From: Myxococcota bacterium
GTDB lineage: Bacteria > Myxococcota_A > SURF-8
NCBI GenBank assembly: GCA_965140415.1
Contig: OZ223209.1
Span: 800,001 to 864,000, forward strand
Length of the DNA: 64,000 nt
Direction of reading: 5' to 3'
Both the position numbers and the translations under genes were made by a program. The first letter of the stretch is position 1, and the number at the start of each line of letters is the position of its first letter. This document shows positions 28,955 through 38,061 of this stretch, piece after piece. Under the pieces are notes generated by a model. The model worked only from the letters and a program-made list of their open reading frames with translations, ran no database searches and was not told where the DNA came from.

Positions 28955-29932
28955 TCACTTGGGGTCCGGTTCATCCGCTTCGAGTTGACCTAGCAGGCTT
29001 TGTTGGATGTAGCCGGGTCCGAGTTGATGAAAGTCGAATCGGTCTCCCTGCTTGAGCATGACCAGACCGATGAGAATGACGATTGCCGCCATCAGGAAAA
29101 TCGCGCCTTTTACAGCCAGGGCAATAAGGAAGGGGAAATCCGTTTGAACGGGGGCATGTTCGATTCGTTTGCCGGTGAATAAGCGCATATTCAGCTTGGA
29201 GGTTTTGGAATGGGTCGATTCGCTGTCATCCAGCAAGAGACCCGCGCTTTGATCCGTATCCGAAAAAACGATTTCTTCCAAGGCTTCCAGCTTGGGAGCG
29301 ATGTAAGCGGCTTTATTTTCTTTGGCGTAGAATTCATCGTTGATCGCAACTTGTTCGGCCTGTTCCGGACGAAAAGCGGCCATTGGTTCATCGGATAAGA
29401 TCGATTCGCCACCGCCTAATCCCTGTAATGGCTCGAACATTGCGCCGTTGTCTTCGGCTACTTCCATATCGACGCCGGTCCCGGAGGATCGGAACTCCTC
29501 GCCGGTTGTCATCGCATAGGTGCCGACATCGTAACAATCCGAACCACGCGACACATTCATGTCTTCGCTGGAGGCATCTTCCGGTGTCAGCTGGTTGAAC
29601 ACCGGCATGTCCTGCTGAGTCACCGCGCGTTCGCCATCTTCCTGCATCGGTGTTGTGGGCGGTTCACGATCGATCTGACTGGAAAAATCAAGTTCGGAAG
29701 CATCGTTTGATGCTTCAATCGCGACCTGCTGGAACTGCCCGGTAGGAGTGTGAGAGGCGGTGGCCTTGACATTGGAAAAATCGAGATCGCGTTCCGTTTT
29801 CTGAATGGTTTCCGGAGCTACGACCGTAAAGACATTTGCACACTTGGTGCATTTGACCTTGGCGGAACGGTTCTTGATCTTTTTTTCGTCGAATTTGAAT
29901 TTCGCCAGACAGTGGGTGCACTGGATGACCAT
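28955..29932 (-). CDS. MJ0042-type zinc-ribbon protein with a C-terminal TM helix
   Basis: MVIQCTHCLAKF...VKCTKCANVF, acidic linker, hydrophobic C-terminal segment. Confidence 0.8.
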   Translation of the reverse strand: MVIQCTHCLAKFKFDEKKIKNRSAKVKCTKCANVFTVVAPETIQKTERDLDFSNVKATASHTPTGQFQQVAIEASNDASELDFSSQIDREPPTTPMQEDGERAVTQQDMPVFNQLTPEDASSEDMNVSRGSDCYDVGTYAMTTGEEFRSSGTGVDMEVAEDNGAMFEPLQGLGGGESILSDEPMAAFRPEQAEQVAINDEFYAKENKAAYIAPKLEALEEIVFSDTDQSAGLLLDDSESTHSKTSKLNMRLFTGKRIEHAPVQTDFPFLIALAVKGAIFLMAAIVILIGLVMLKQGDRFDFHQLGPGYIQQSLLGQLEADEPDPK

Positions 29933-29960
29933 GACTACCTCGTCTGTGGACTCCGAGCGA

Positions 29961-31001
29961 TCAGGTCTGAATGGTGCAAGCCTGGTTGCGGCCCTGACGC
30001 TTGGCCTGATAAAGCGCTTGATCGGCGGCCTCGATCACGTCCTGCTTGGACATTTTCGGTTCCTGATCGATCTTGTAGGTGGAAACACCCAAACTAACGG
30101 TCACGCGAATTTCCATGTCGGCAAACGTCACGACTTTCTTTTCGCAGGCTTCCCGTAAACGACCTGCGGTATGCATGGCATTGTCCAGGTTGGTTTCGGT
30201 CAGAATGAGTGCGAATTCTTCGCCGCCGTACCGGCAGGCATAGTCCGACCGTCTCAGGTAGCCGCGTACGACATCCGCAATGGCGCGCAGTACGCAATCA
30301 CCGGCCTGATGGCCGTAGGTGTCGTTCACTTTCTTGAAAAAGTCGATGTCCAGCATCAGCAGGCTCAGTTCCTGCTTGTAACGCAATGCACGCACCATTT
30401 CGCGATCCAGCGTTTCCTGGAAGTAGCGGTGCGTGAACAATTCGGTCAAGCCGTCGGTAATCGACAAGCGCCGGGTTTGTGCAAAAAGCTGGGCATTGGA
30501 AATGGCGGTTGCCAAATGCTCGTTGATGTTCAGTGCAATCGAGAAATCCCAGTCGTCGAATTCCGTGCCGTCGTTTTTATCGTTGATGTTGATAATACCG
30601 AGCAGTTTTTCCCCGGATTTGAGCAGGGTGATCATCGAGGACTTGGATTTATATTTGCTGCGGTTTTTAAGCCCGAATTCCTTTTCGATATCCCGAATCA
30701 GAATGGAATGGCCTCGCTGCACCGCACGGCTGAGCAACTGATTGTTATGAATCGAGATTCGCAGATCCATGTCGTGTTTCAGATCATAGTGGTTATGAGC
30801 CGCCATGACCAGTTCTTCCGTTTCCGGGCTGTACATGAAAATGGAACATTTATTGGCATTGAGCAGATTCGGGAGTCCTTCGATCGTGTGCTTGATGATC
30901 TGAGAAAGCTCCAAGGTCGAATTGATCTCTTTTGCTAGGGCATTGATGTCGGAAAGAACTTCCAGTTCTCGCGACACCTTTGAGATGGATGTGGGTTCCA
31001 A
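29961..31001 (-). CDS. GAF-GGDEF diguanylate cyclase
   Basis: TDGLT, DIDFFKKVNDTYGHQAGD, I-site RRSD, GGEEF, ADQALYQAK..GRN. Confidence 0.95.
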   Translation of the reverse strand: MEPTSISKVSRELEVLSDINALAKEINSTLELSQIIKHTIEGLPNLLNANKCSIFMYSPETEELVMAAHNHYDLKHDMDLRISIHNNQLLSRAVQRGHSILIRDIEKEFGLKNRSKYKSKSSMITLLKSGEKLLGIININDKNDGTEFDDWDFSIALNINEHLATAISNAQLFAQTRRLSITDGLTELFTHRYFQETLDREMVRALRYKQELSLLMLDIDFFKKVNDTYGHQAGDCVLRAIADVVRGYLRRSDYACRYGGEEFALILTETNLDNAMHTAGRLREACEKKVVTFADMEIRVTVSLGVSTYKIDQEPKMSKQDVIEAADQALYQAKRQGRNQACTIQT

Positions 31002-31513
31002 CGTTTATTCTCTCATCATTAAAGTATAGGTATTACCATGGTTTAGACTCGCGGCAAAGTATACTACAGATCTGCATGGCGTCAAAGTTTTTTTGGCGCG
31101 TTGCAAAATGGGAAAAAGACACCCCTTGCCTCTCCTTACACGCCAAAACTAATATTAAAAAGCTATGAATTCTATTTGAAATTTTGATTTTCGATTTTCT
31201 TAAATCTCTTGTTGGCAGTGCCTGTCATATCATGAGGAGTGAAAAGAAGTGTCTCAGGTTATAGGGACAACGAAGATTGTTTCAAGCAAGCAATCATTTC
31301 AATATGCATTGTTATTATCAAAAAATTCACTGCACGAAGACGAAGCCAGATCGTTTCCTTTAATAATTTGCACTTCCCGGCACTTAGCCATACAATACCA
31401 GATTGATCGAATTCCTGTGTCAAACGGCGGAAGTTGCATGGTAACTACCGAAAGTTTGGCGATCCAATTTGTATTGGGCTATCCAAATCGTGGAGTGGGA
31501 GTAGGGACTGCCA

Positions 31514-33220
31514 ATGGCTTATGTACCGGACAATCCGATCATCGTTCAAGGGGATCGAACCGTATTGCTGGAGGTTCACTCGCCGCTATACGCCGAGGCG
31601 CGTGATGCGCTGGCGCGTTTTGCGGAGTTGATCAAATCTCCCGAACACGTGCATACCTACAGAATTACTCCGCTTTCCATTTGGAATGCGGTTGCTGCGG
31701 GCACCGACGGTCCCCAGGTTGTCGATGATCTCAAGCGCTTCGCCAAATACGATGTCCCGGAGCATGTCCTTACCGAAGTTCGCGAGTACGCCGCCCGTTA
31801 CGGGCAGTTGATCATCGAAAAGGGAGACGATCCGGCTTTCGTGCTGTTGCGCGCGGCGGATGAATTTCTGGCCGAACAGATCGCCCGACGCAAAGAGCTG
31901 ACACCGTTTCTAAAGGAGCGGGTGGATCAGACCTCTTTCCTGGTTCCCGTCCACCAGCGTGGTCTGCTAAAGGTCGAACTCATCAAAACCGGTTGGCCGG
32001 CGGAAGATCTGGCCGGTTACGTGCGCGGCGAAGCGTTGGCGTTTCACACGGTGGATGTCAGCAAAAGCGGACCGCCTTTCCAATTGCGCGACTATCAGGC
32101 CGAAGCGGTTCGCACCTTTCATGCAGCCGGTGGTGTAAAAGGCGGATCCGGAGTGATTGTCATGCCTTGCGGCGCGGGAAAGACGATCATCGGCATTGGC
32201 GTGATGGAAGCCGTGCAGGCATCCACCTTGATTATTACCACCAGCGTCACGGCGTTGCGACAATGGATCTCGGAATTATTGGACAAAACCGATCTTACAC
32301 CGGATCAGATCGGAGAGTATTCCGGGCATCGAAAGGATGTCAAGCCGATCACCGTGACGACTTACCAGATTCTGACGCACCGTAAAAAGAAGTCCGACGA
32401 GTTTCCGCATTTCGCGTTGTTCAACGAGCGCGACTGGGGCATGATCGTTTACGATGAAGTTCACGTGCTGCCTGCGCCGGTTTTTTCGATCACAGCCGAG
32501 ATCCAGGCGCGCCGCCGGTTGGGATTGACGGCGACCCTCGTGCGGGAAGATGGCAAGGCCGAGGATGTCTTCGCGTTGATCGGTCCGAAAAAAGCGGATG
32601 TTCCCTGGAAGGAATTGGAGAAAAGCGGCTGGATCGCCCCGGCGGTTTGTCGCGAGGTGCGTTTGCCGCTACCAACGAGCATACGCATGGATTACGCGCT
32701 GGGTGATCGTCGGCAGCAGTTTCGGCTGGCCAGTGAAAATCCGGACAAGCTGGATCTCGTAATGGAAATTTTACGGCGGCACGCAGGCGAGCCGACTCTG
32801 GTTATCGGGCAATATCTGGATCAACTGGAAGAAATTTCCAGAAGTATCGATGCGCCCATCATTACCGGTAAAACGCCGCAAGGCGCGCGCGACGAACTGT
32901 ACCGGGAATTCCGCGAAGGTCGCCTGCCGGTGCTGGTTGTCAGCAAAGTCGCCAACTTCGCCATTGACCTTCCTGACGCCCGCGTGGCGATTCAGGTGTC
33001 CGGTACGTTTGGAAGTCGGCAGGAAGAGGCGCAACGATTGGGGCGGATTCTGCGACCGAAGGAAGACGGCGGGCGCGCTTACTTCTATACACTGGTGACC
33101 CGCGATACCTCCGAATTGGAATTTTCCCAGCATCGCCAGCTATTTCTAACCGAGCAGGGCTACGCCTATGAAATTCTCTTTGCGGATGCCCTGCTGGAGC
33201 GGGCGGAGACTGCCCAATGA
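31514..33220 (+). CDS. XPB/Ssl2/Rad25-family SF2 helicase
   Basis: N-terminal Helicase_C_3-type domain (FAELIKSPEHVHTYRIT), LRDYQ, PCGAGKT, DEVH, LGLTAT, GSRQEEAQRLGRILR. Confidence 0.95.
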   Translation: MAYVPDNPIIVQGDRTVLLEVHSPLYAEARDALARFAELIKSPEHVHTYRITPLSIWNAVAAGTDGPQVVDDLKRFAKYDVPEHVLTEVREYAARYGQLIIEKGDDPAFVLLRAADEFLAEQIARRKELTPFLKERVDQTSFLVPVHQRGLLKVELIKTGWPAEDLAGYVRGEALAFHTVDVSKSGPPFQLRDYQAEAVRTFHAAGGVKGGSGVIVMPCGAGKTIIGIGVMEAVQASTLIITTSVTALRQWISELLDKTDLTPDQIGEYSGHRKDVKPITVTTYQILTHRKKKSDEFPHFALFNERDWGMIVYDEVHVLPAPVFSITAEIQARRRLGLTATLVREDGKAEDVFALIGPKKADVPWKELEKSGWIAPAVCREVRLPLPTSIRMDYALGDRRQQFRLASENPDKLDLVMEILRRHAGEPTLVIGQYLDQLEEISRSIDAPIITGKTPQGARDELYREFREGRLPVLVVSKVANFAIDLPDARVAIQVSGTFGSRQEEAQRLGRILRPKEDGGRAYFYTLVTRDTSELEFSQHRQLFLTEQGYAYEILFADALLERAETAQ

Positions 33221-33441
33221 CGCCGAAACCGCAGGCGATTCATCGCAATCTGGTCTTTTGCCAGATTTCCGATCCCGGCTTGTTCGAAGTCGTGACCGGC
33301 GATCCGATCCTGGCTCCGAAGATCGTGGCCCATTTCGAAGGTGGCGTTCTGGCCGTGCGGCGAACCGATGAAGACTCGCTGGTGGCGTTTCTGAATAAAA
33401 TAGGTGTGCGACCGCGCATGTTCGGGAGATGGCTGGCATGA
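33217..33441 (+). CDS. 74-aa protein coupled to XPB, possibly p8/Tfb5-like
   Basis: ATGA overlaps with both neighbours; resembles ~55-aa modules within XPB and within the downstream protein. Confidence 0.75.
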   Translation: MTPKPQAIHRNLVFCQISDPGLFEVVTGDPILAPKIVAHFEGGVLAVRRTDEDSLVAFLNKIGVRPRMFGRWLA

Positions 33442-35933
33442 GTGGGGAGGTGAAGTACAATACCCGGCCCGAATCCTGTTTGAACGCTTACAGCAACAAA
33501 CTGTTACGCGAAATCGCCCAGCAATGGGATGTCGCCACGGCGAGCAAGGCGATCATGTCGAGTCAGTTGATGGATCGCTTATCCAGCCCGACCGTGGTTT
33601 CCTCGAAATTGAAAAAGCTGGAACTGGACGATCTGCGCTTGCTGGCGATTCTGAACGAATCTCCCGGCGGCGTCGCGATCTCCCTGCAATTTCTCCGTTC
33701 TGCTCACTTCAAAGGTGTGAGTCAGGTCAACTTTCGCTATAAAAGCTTATTGGGTATGGGATTGATTCTGGTTGCGATGGATGAAGGCGCGCAGCCCTTG
33801 CCGCATACCGCGGCTTACAATCTGGAATCCCGCTTGCCGGTGTATCTGTTACCGGTCGTGGCCGATCTGCTCCCGGAAATCGCGGCGCGTCCTCCGGTGT
33901 TCGACGATCCGGGCATCCCGATGGAAGGGACGCTGCGCAGCGACCGCCCGGTGAGAATTCTGCGGGAATTCGATCTGGTGCTGACGTATGTCGACGAGCA
34001 TCCGGTCGAGATCACCAAAGGGGGTCACATCAAGGTGACCTATATGAAGCGCATGCAGAAAACGCTGGCCGCTTATCTGCCATCGATCGGCAGCAGTCGT
34101 ATCCTGTTGTTATTGAACCTCTGCAATTCGCGCCAATTTCTCTCCGATCGCCAGCAGCCTTACCAATATCGATTGACACCCGAGGGATACCGGACCCAGC
34201 AAAAGGAACCGATAGAGAAACTGGCGTTGCTCTGGCAGGCCGCTACGGACCCTGGTTTCGATTTCGATCAACTCGAGTATTTCCGTCAATCGCAATTGAA
34301 CGACCGTTACCGGTCCTATTACGATCTTCAATACATGATGCTGCGGGTGCATGAGGATTGGCCTTTGTTGGCCGATATTCTCAAACTGGCCTCGCATGAC
34401 CGCTGGGTGCGCATTCAGGATCTGGTGGATTATGCCGGATCGGAATTTCCGTTCATGTTTTTCCGAATGTACAATCCCGGTTATGCGCCAAGCGCCCAGA
34501 TTCCGGAACGACCCAACGAAACGCAGCGAACCATCCAGCAAACGATTGTCGCCGGGTTTATCGAAGAGATCGCCTTTCCGCTGGGTGTGGTGGACTGGGC
34601 AATCGGACCCAAGCGCCGTCTACTGGTGCGGTTGACGGAGTTGGGTCAGTATCTGCTGGGCAAGATCGATCGTAAGGAATACGAACGCAACCGGAAAGCG
34701 CCGCTTGCCGTGGATGACGGCCATCCGGCGATTGTGGTGCAGCCGGATTTCGAAATCATTTCTTTTGCCGATCGCCTGCATTTTGAGGAATTGCAAAGTT
34801 TGTATGACGTAGCAATGCCGGTGGGCGATCCATCCCCCTCCGATCCGGTGCGGCGTTTCAAGCTGACGAAGGAAACCGTTCAGTGGGCCGTCAATCGCGG
34901 CCAGACACCCAATGGCATTCTTTCCAGGTTGCGCAAGTTAAACGGTACGGATCTGCCGGGGAATGTCGAAACGGAATTCAAGGAATGGGTAGGAAGCCTC
35001 GAACAGGCTACGGTGTACCGTGGTTTCGATCTGCTGCAATTTCATTCGCAGGCCCAGCGCGATAAGGCAATGTCCCGATATGACGACGCCCAGGCGGTTG
35101 GTGATCGCTTTTTATTGACCGCCGAAACGAAAGAAAAGGCGACGGAGAAGGATGTCGTCGACTACGAATCCCCGGTGGAAAAGACGCTCAGCGTTTCCGC
35201 TGAAGGCTTGTTGCAATTGCATGACAATAAGCCGCCTGACCTGCAAACCTTGTCGTTATTGGATGGATTGGCCGATTCCCGTGGGGGAAATCGCTGGATG
35301 ATCACCCGGCAGTTGGTGCAGCAGATGAACATGCCGCTAAACGAAATGGTGCGGCGGCTGGAAAAACGCTGTCACCATTTGCCTGCGCCGCTCTACGCCC
35401 GGCTTCAGGGCTGGGGCGGAGGTTCACCCGAATTGCCCAATGCCCTGCTTCGCGTCGTGGAAATTCAAGACGAGCGGATCGTACGCGGGCTCGTGAAAGA
35501 CAAGGCGGCGAGCCAATTCATTCGCGGAGCTATCGGCAAGAACCTGCTGGCCGTGGATGAAAAAGACTGGACCGCTTTTCAGGCGGCGCTGGAGGAGTTC
35601 GGATTGGCAGTCGATCCTAAACGCTCCCCTGATTTCGGCGATGCGAATCGTCCGATGCAGGAAGGGGAGGTGGATATGAATGATTTATCGGGATTCCAGC
35701 TTGTGGCAGGTAAGCAGAAACGGCAACTGTTGCAACAGGCGATTGATAAAGGCCGACCGATTGGGGTTTTATACCTGAAGCAACGCAATCGCTACGGCAG
35801 CCCGACATTGCAATGCGAACAACTGCTTGCCGAAAGTCTACCCGCGCAGAGAAACTGGGCGGTCTTTCTCGATTCCGCACTGGGATACCGCGTCGAAATC
35901 GAGTTACGTCACATCAAAGCGCTGCGGCTGTAA
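33438..35933 (+). CDS. XPB partner with Helicase_C_3 (p52-clutch-like) domains and a degenerate C-terminal WYL-like domain
   Basis: IVVQPDFEII...FKLTKETVQWAVNRG...LPGNVETEFKEW, a second degenerate copy, and the tail LLQQAIDKGRPIGVLY...IELRHIKALRL. Confidence 0.8.
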   Translation: MSGEVKYNTRPESCLNAYSNKLLREIAQQWDVATASKAIMSSQLMDRLSSPTVVSSKLKKLELDDLRLLAILNESPGGVAISLQFLRSAHFKGVSQVNFRYKSLLGMGLILVAMDEGAQPLPHTAAYNLESRLPVYLLPVVADLLPEIAARPPVFDDPGIPMEGTLRSDRPVRILREFDLVLTYVDEHPVEITKGGHIKVTYMKRMQKTLAAYLPSIGSSRILLLLNLCNSRQFLSDRQQPYQYRLTPEGYRTQQKEPIEKLALLWQAATDPGFDFDQLEYFRQSQLNDRYRSYYDLQYMMLRVHEDWPLLADILKLASHDRWVRIQDLVDYAGSEFPFMFFRMYNPGYAPSAQIPERPNETQRTIQQTIVAGFIEEIAFPLGVVDWAIGPKRRLLVRLTELGQYLLGKIDRKEYERNRKAPLAVDDGHPAIVVQPDFEIISFADRLHFEELQSLYDVAMPVGDPSPSDPVRRFKLTKETVQWAVNRGQTPNGILSRLRKLNGTDLPGNVETEFKEWVGSLEQATVYRGFDLLQFHSQAQRDKAMSRYDDAQAVGDRFLLTAETKEKATEKDVVDYESPVEKTLSVSAEGLLQLHDNKPPDLQTLSLLDGLADSRGGNRWMITRQLVQQMNMPLNEMVRRLEKRCHHLPAPLYARLQGWGGGSPELPNALLRVVEIQDERIVRGLVKDKAASQFIRGAIGKNLLAVDEKDWTAFQAALEEFGLAVDPKRSPDFGDANRPMQEGEVDMNDLSGFQLVAGKQKRQLLQQAIDKGRPIGVLYLKQRNRYGSPTLQCEQLLAESLPAQRNWAVFLDSALGYRVEIELRHIKALRL

Positions 35934-35939
35934 GAGGCA

Positions 35940-36012
35940 GTAGGATGGGCAATTGCTTTGCCCATCAATCCGTTCGTTTGTCTGTGATGGGCATGGCAAA
36001 TGCCCATCCTAC
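35940..36012. repeat. GTAG-class REP doublet (GTAGGATGGG family)
   Basis: gtaggatgggcaattgctttgcccatc ... gatgggcatggcaaatgcccatcctac; inverted relative at 53801-53873. Confidence 0.85.
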
Positions 36013-36064
36013 AAGGTTATATCAACCGGCAGGGTAAATGTCTGACCCGACAATCCAATGCTCG

Positions 36065-37867
36065 CTATTGGCAGTACCATTTCATGTCGAAGGGATTGCT
36101 GCCGCCATCAATCGTAATGTTTAGGTTCTGCTGGAGTTGGGAACCGTCCACTGCCACTGGCGAGTTTTCACTGCCTGAGCCGCCAAGAGGATAACACCAG
36201 TAACCCAGGCTGGGGTCCGTATCGCTGGTGCCGATGAATGCCGCTAAATTCCAGTTGCCGCCCGCAATGGGAAAACCGGTGAAGGTGGTGCTGAAGTTGG
36301 CGCGCGAGCCGCTGAAGACCGCATCCGCCCAGCCGCCGACATCGGTGATTTCCGTCTCCATACTGAACGGCACCCAGGTAATGTCCCATTCCATTTCAAC
36401 GAACATCACGCGCGCCCAGATCGGCGTGGCGGAATCGAAGGTGGAATGAGTCACGGTCAAGGTGCCGCTGACTTCGGTAATCGGCATCTGGAAATCGATG
36501 CCGGTCCAGTCGCGTTTTACGGTGTCGCTCTGCTGTTGTGCGTCGAAACCGATTTCGAGATATTGCGCCGAGTACCATTTGGGGTAATAGGCGCCGGTCA
36601 AGTGGGTTTCATCCAGCACGGAAAGTGCGGCGACGATGTAGCGTTCGCCGTCCTGCAAATTTCCCAACGTGTAGGGAAGTTGCGTGCTGCCGTCGTTTTT
36701 AACCAGCAAGATGGTTTCCGCCTGGCAGAACTCCACCGGCTCTTCTTCCGGGTTTTCCGGCGTTACGGTCTGCGCCGAGCAAAGCGACACGCCCACCTGT
36801 TTTCCGGGGAGTGCGGCTGGTAATTCGATTATGCCGCTAATCGATCCCCAGTTGGGATCTTTTACGCCGATGTAGAACATCTCGTCAGTGTAGGATTGCT
36901 GTCCCTCGCGTTCGTCCAGTGAGATTTGGTAGGGACCATAGGGCGAATAGTACCCCAGAAGCGGCAGGCTTTCCCCGTAATCGACGATCGCCATCAAAAA
37001 GAAGTTGCCTCCGTTCAGGTTGGTCAACGAGAAGCTGCGGGCCATTTGATCGGGAGCAGGATTTAGAAACTGCACCGAACTGGGCCAGGCGTCGATGATA
37101 TTGTTGCCGCTTTCATCTACGCCCTTGAACTCCACCGCCATCAGATACACCCGTTTCTCCTGGTAGGCGCTGGAGAGCATCAGGGTGCCGCTGATCGAGC
37201 CTTTCTCGGGATTGTCCAGGCCGATGTACAAATCCACACTTTCGATATCGCGGAACTGCGGATCGATGGGAACGATGGAGACAATATCGGGATAGACGGC
37301 GCCGACGTCGTTACTGGCATCGTCATCATCGCCGACATCCACCCGCATCATCACGTAGTACTGCCCGCCGATCAACTCGGTGAAAGAATACAGTTCGGCG
37401 GTGTTGCCGCTGCCTGCCAATTCGATCTGTTTGAGCGGCGTGATGGAAAAGTCAGAATAGGGGTTTTCGTCGTACAGAAAAACGATGCGACGAACTCCGG
37501 CGTAGTCATTGCTGGCGAAGACCGTGCCTGAAATGCTGCCCAGTTGCGAAGGGTTCTCGTCGCCGTCAGTCATATCGCCATCGGTGTGATCACCATCGGC
37601 AATGTCGCCATCGGTGGTGTCGCCGTCAGTCGTATCGCCATCGGTTGTGTCACCATCGGTGCTATCGCCATCCGGCAGAGGGCTGTCTCCATCACTCGTA
37701 TCGCCATCGATGACGTCGTCGGTATCCGAGTCGCCATCCACAATGGAATCCCCATCGGGAGTGCCATCGCCGTCTGCTTCGTCGTCACTGTCGCCGCAGC
37801 CGCAGATCAACGATAACGAAAGCACTAACAATACAAATAAAAAAACACTCCAAACATTCCGTTTCAT
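36065..37867 (-). CDS. Lipoprotein with a long DGD repeat tract and repeated beta-sandwich domains
   Basis: Lipobox ICGC, about 12 DGD units, three domains beginning GSISG. Confidence 0.8.
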   Translation of the reverse strand: MKRNVWSVFLFVLLVLSLSLICGCGDSDDEADGDGTPDGDSIVDGDSDTDDVIDGDTSDGDSPLPDGDSTDGDTTDGDTTDGDTTDGDIADGDHTDGDMTDGDENPSQLGSISGTVFASNDYAGVRRIVFLYDENPYSDFSITPLKQIELAGSGNTAELYSFTELIGGQYYVMMRVDVGDDDDASNDVGAVYPDIVSIVPIDPQFRDIESVDLYIGLDNPEKGSISGTLMLSSAYQEKRVYLMAVEFKGVDESGNNIIDAWPSSVQFLNPAPDQMARSFSLTNLNGGNFFLMAIVDYGESLPLLGYYSPYGPYQISLDEREGQQSYTDEMFYIGVKDPNWGSISGIIELPAALPGKQVGVSLCSAQTVTPENPEEEPVEFCQAETILLVKNDGSTQLPYTLGNLQDGERYIVAALSVLDETHLTGAYYPKWYSAQYLEIGFDAQQQSDTVKRDWTGIDFQMPITEVSGTLTVTHSTFDSATPIWARVMFVEMEWDITWVPFSMETEITDVGGWADAVFSGSRANFSTTFTGFPIAGGNWNLAAFIGTSDTDPSLGYWCYPLGGSGSENSPVAVDGSQLQQNLNITIDGGSNPFDMKWYCQ

Positions 37868-38061
37868 TTACTGCTCCTTCGGATTGGCTTGGCCGATTGT
37901 CTCTTTCAATTCATTACGAGCAACGGGTTGCTACTGAACAACAGGCAGGCTTAGCGTTCGGATAAAAGCAGGATCTCTCCCGCAGATAAAACGAACATTA
38001 CAAACACAATTTTTCAAAACCGGTAGGATCGTTGAACTGGATGTCGATTCGTGGTGAAAGG

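Noticed and set aside
31002-31513. AT-rich gap as an island boundary or small-gene locus
   Set aside because: No integrase, att-like repeat or credible ORF; consistent with a divergent promoter region
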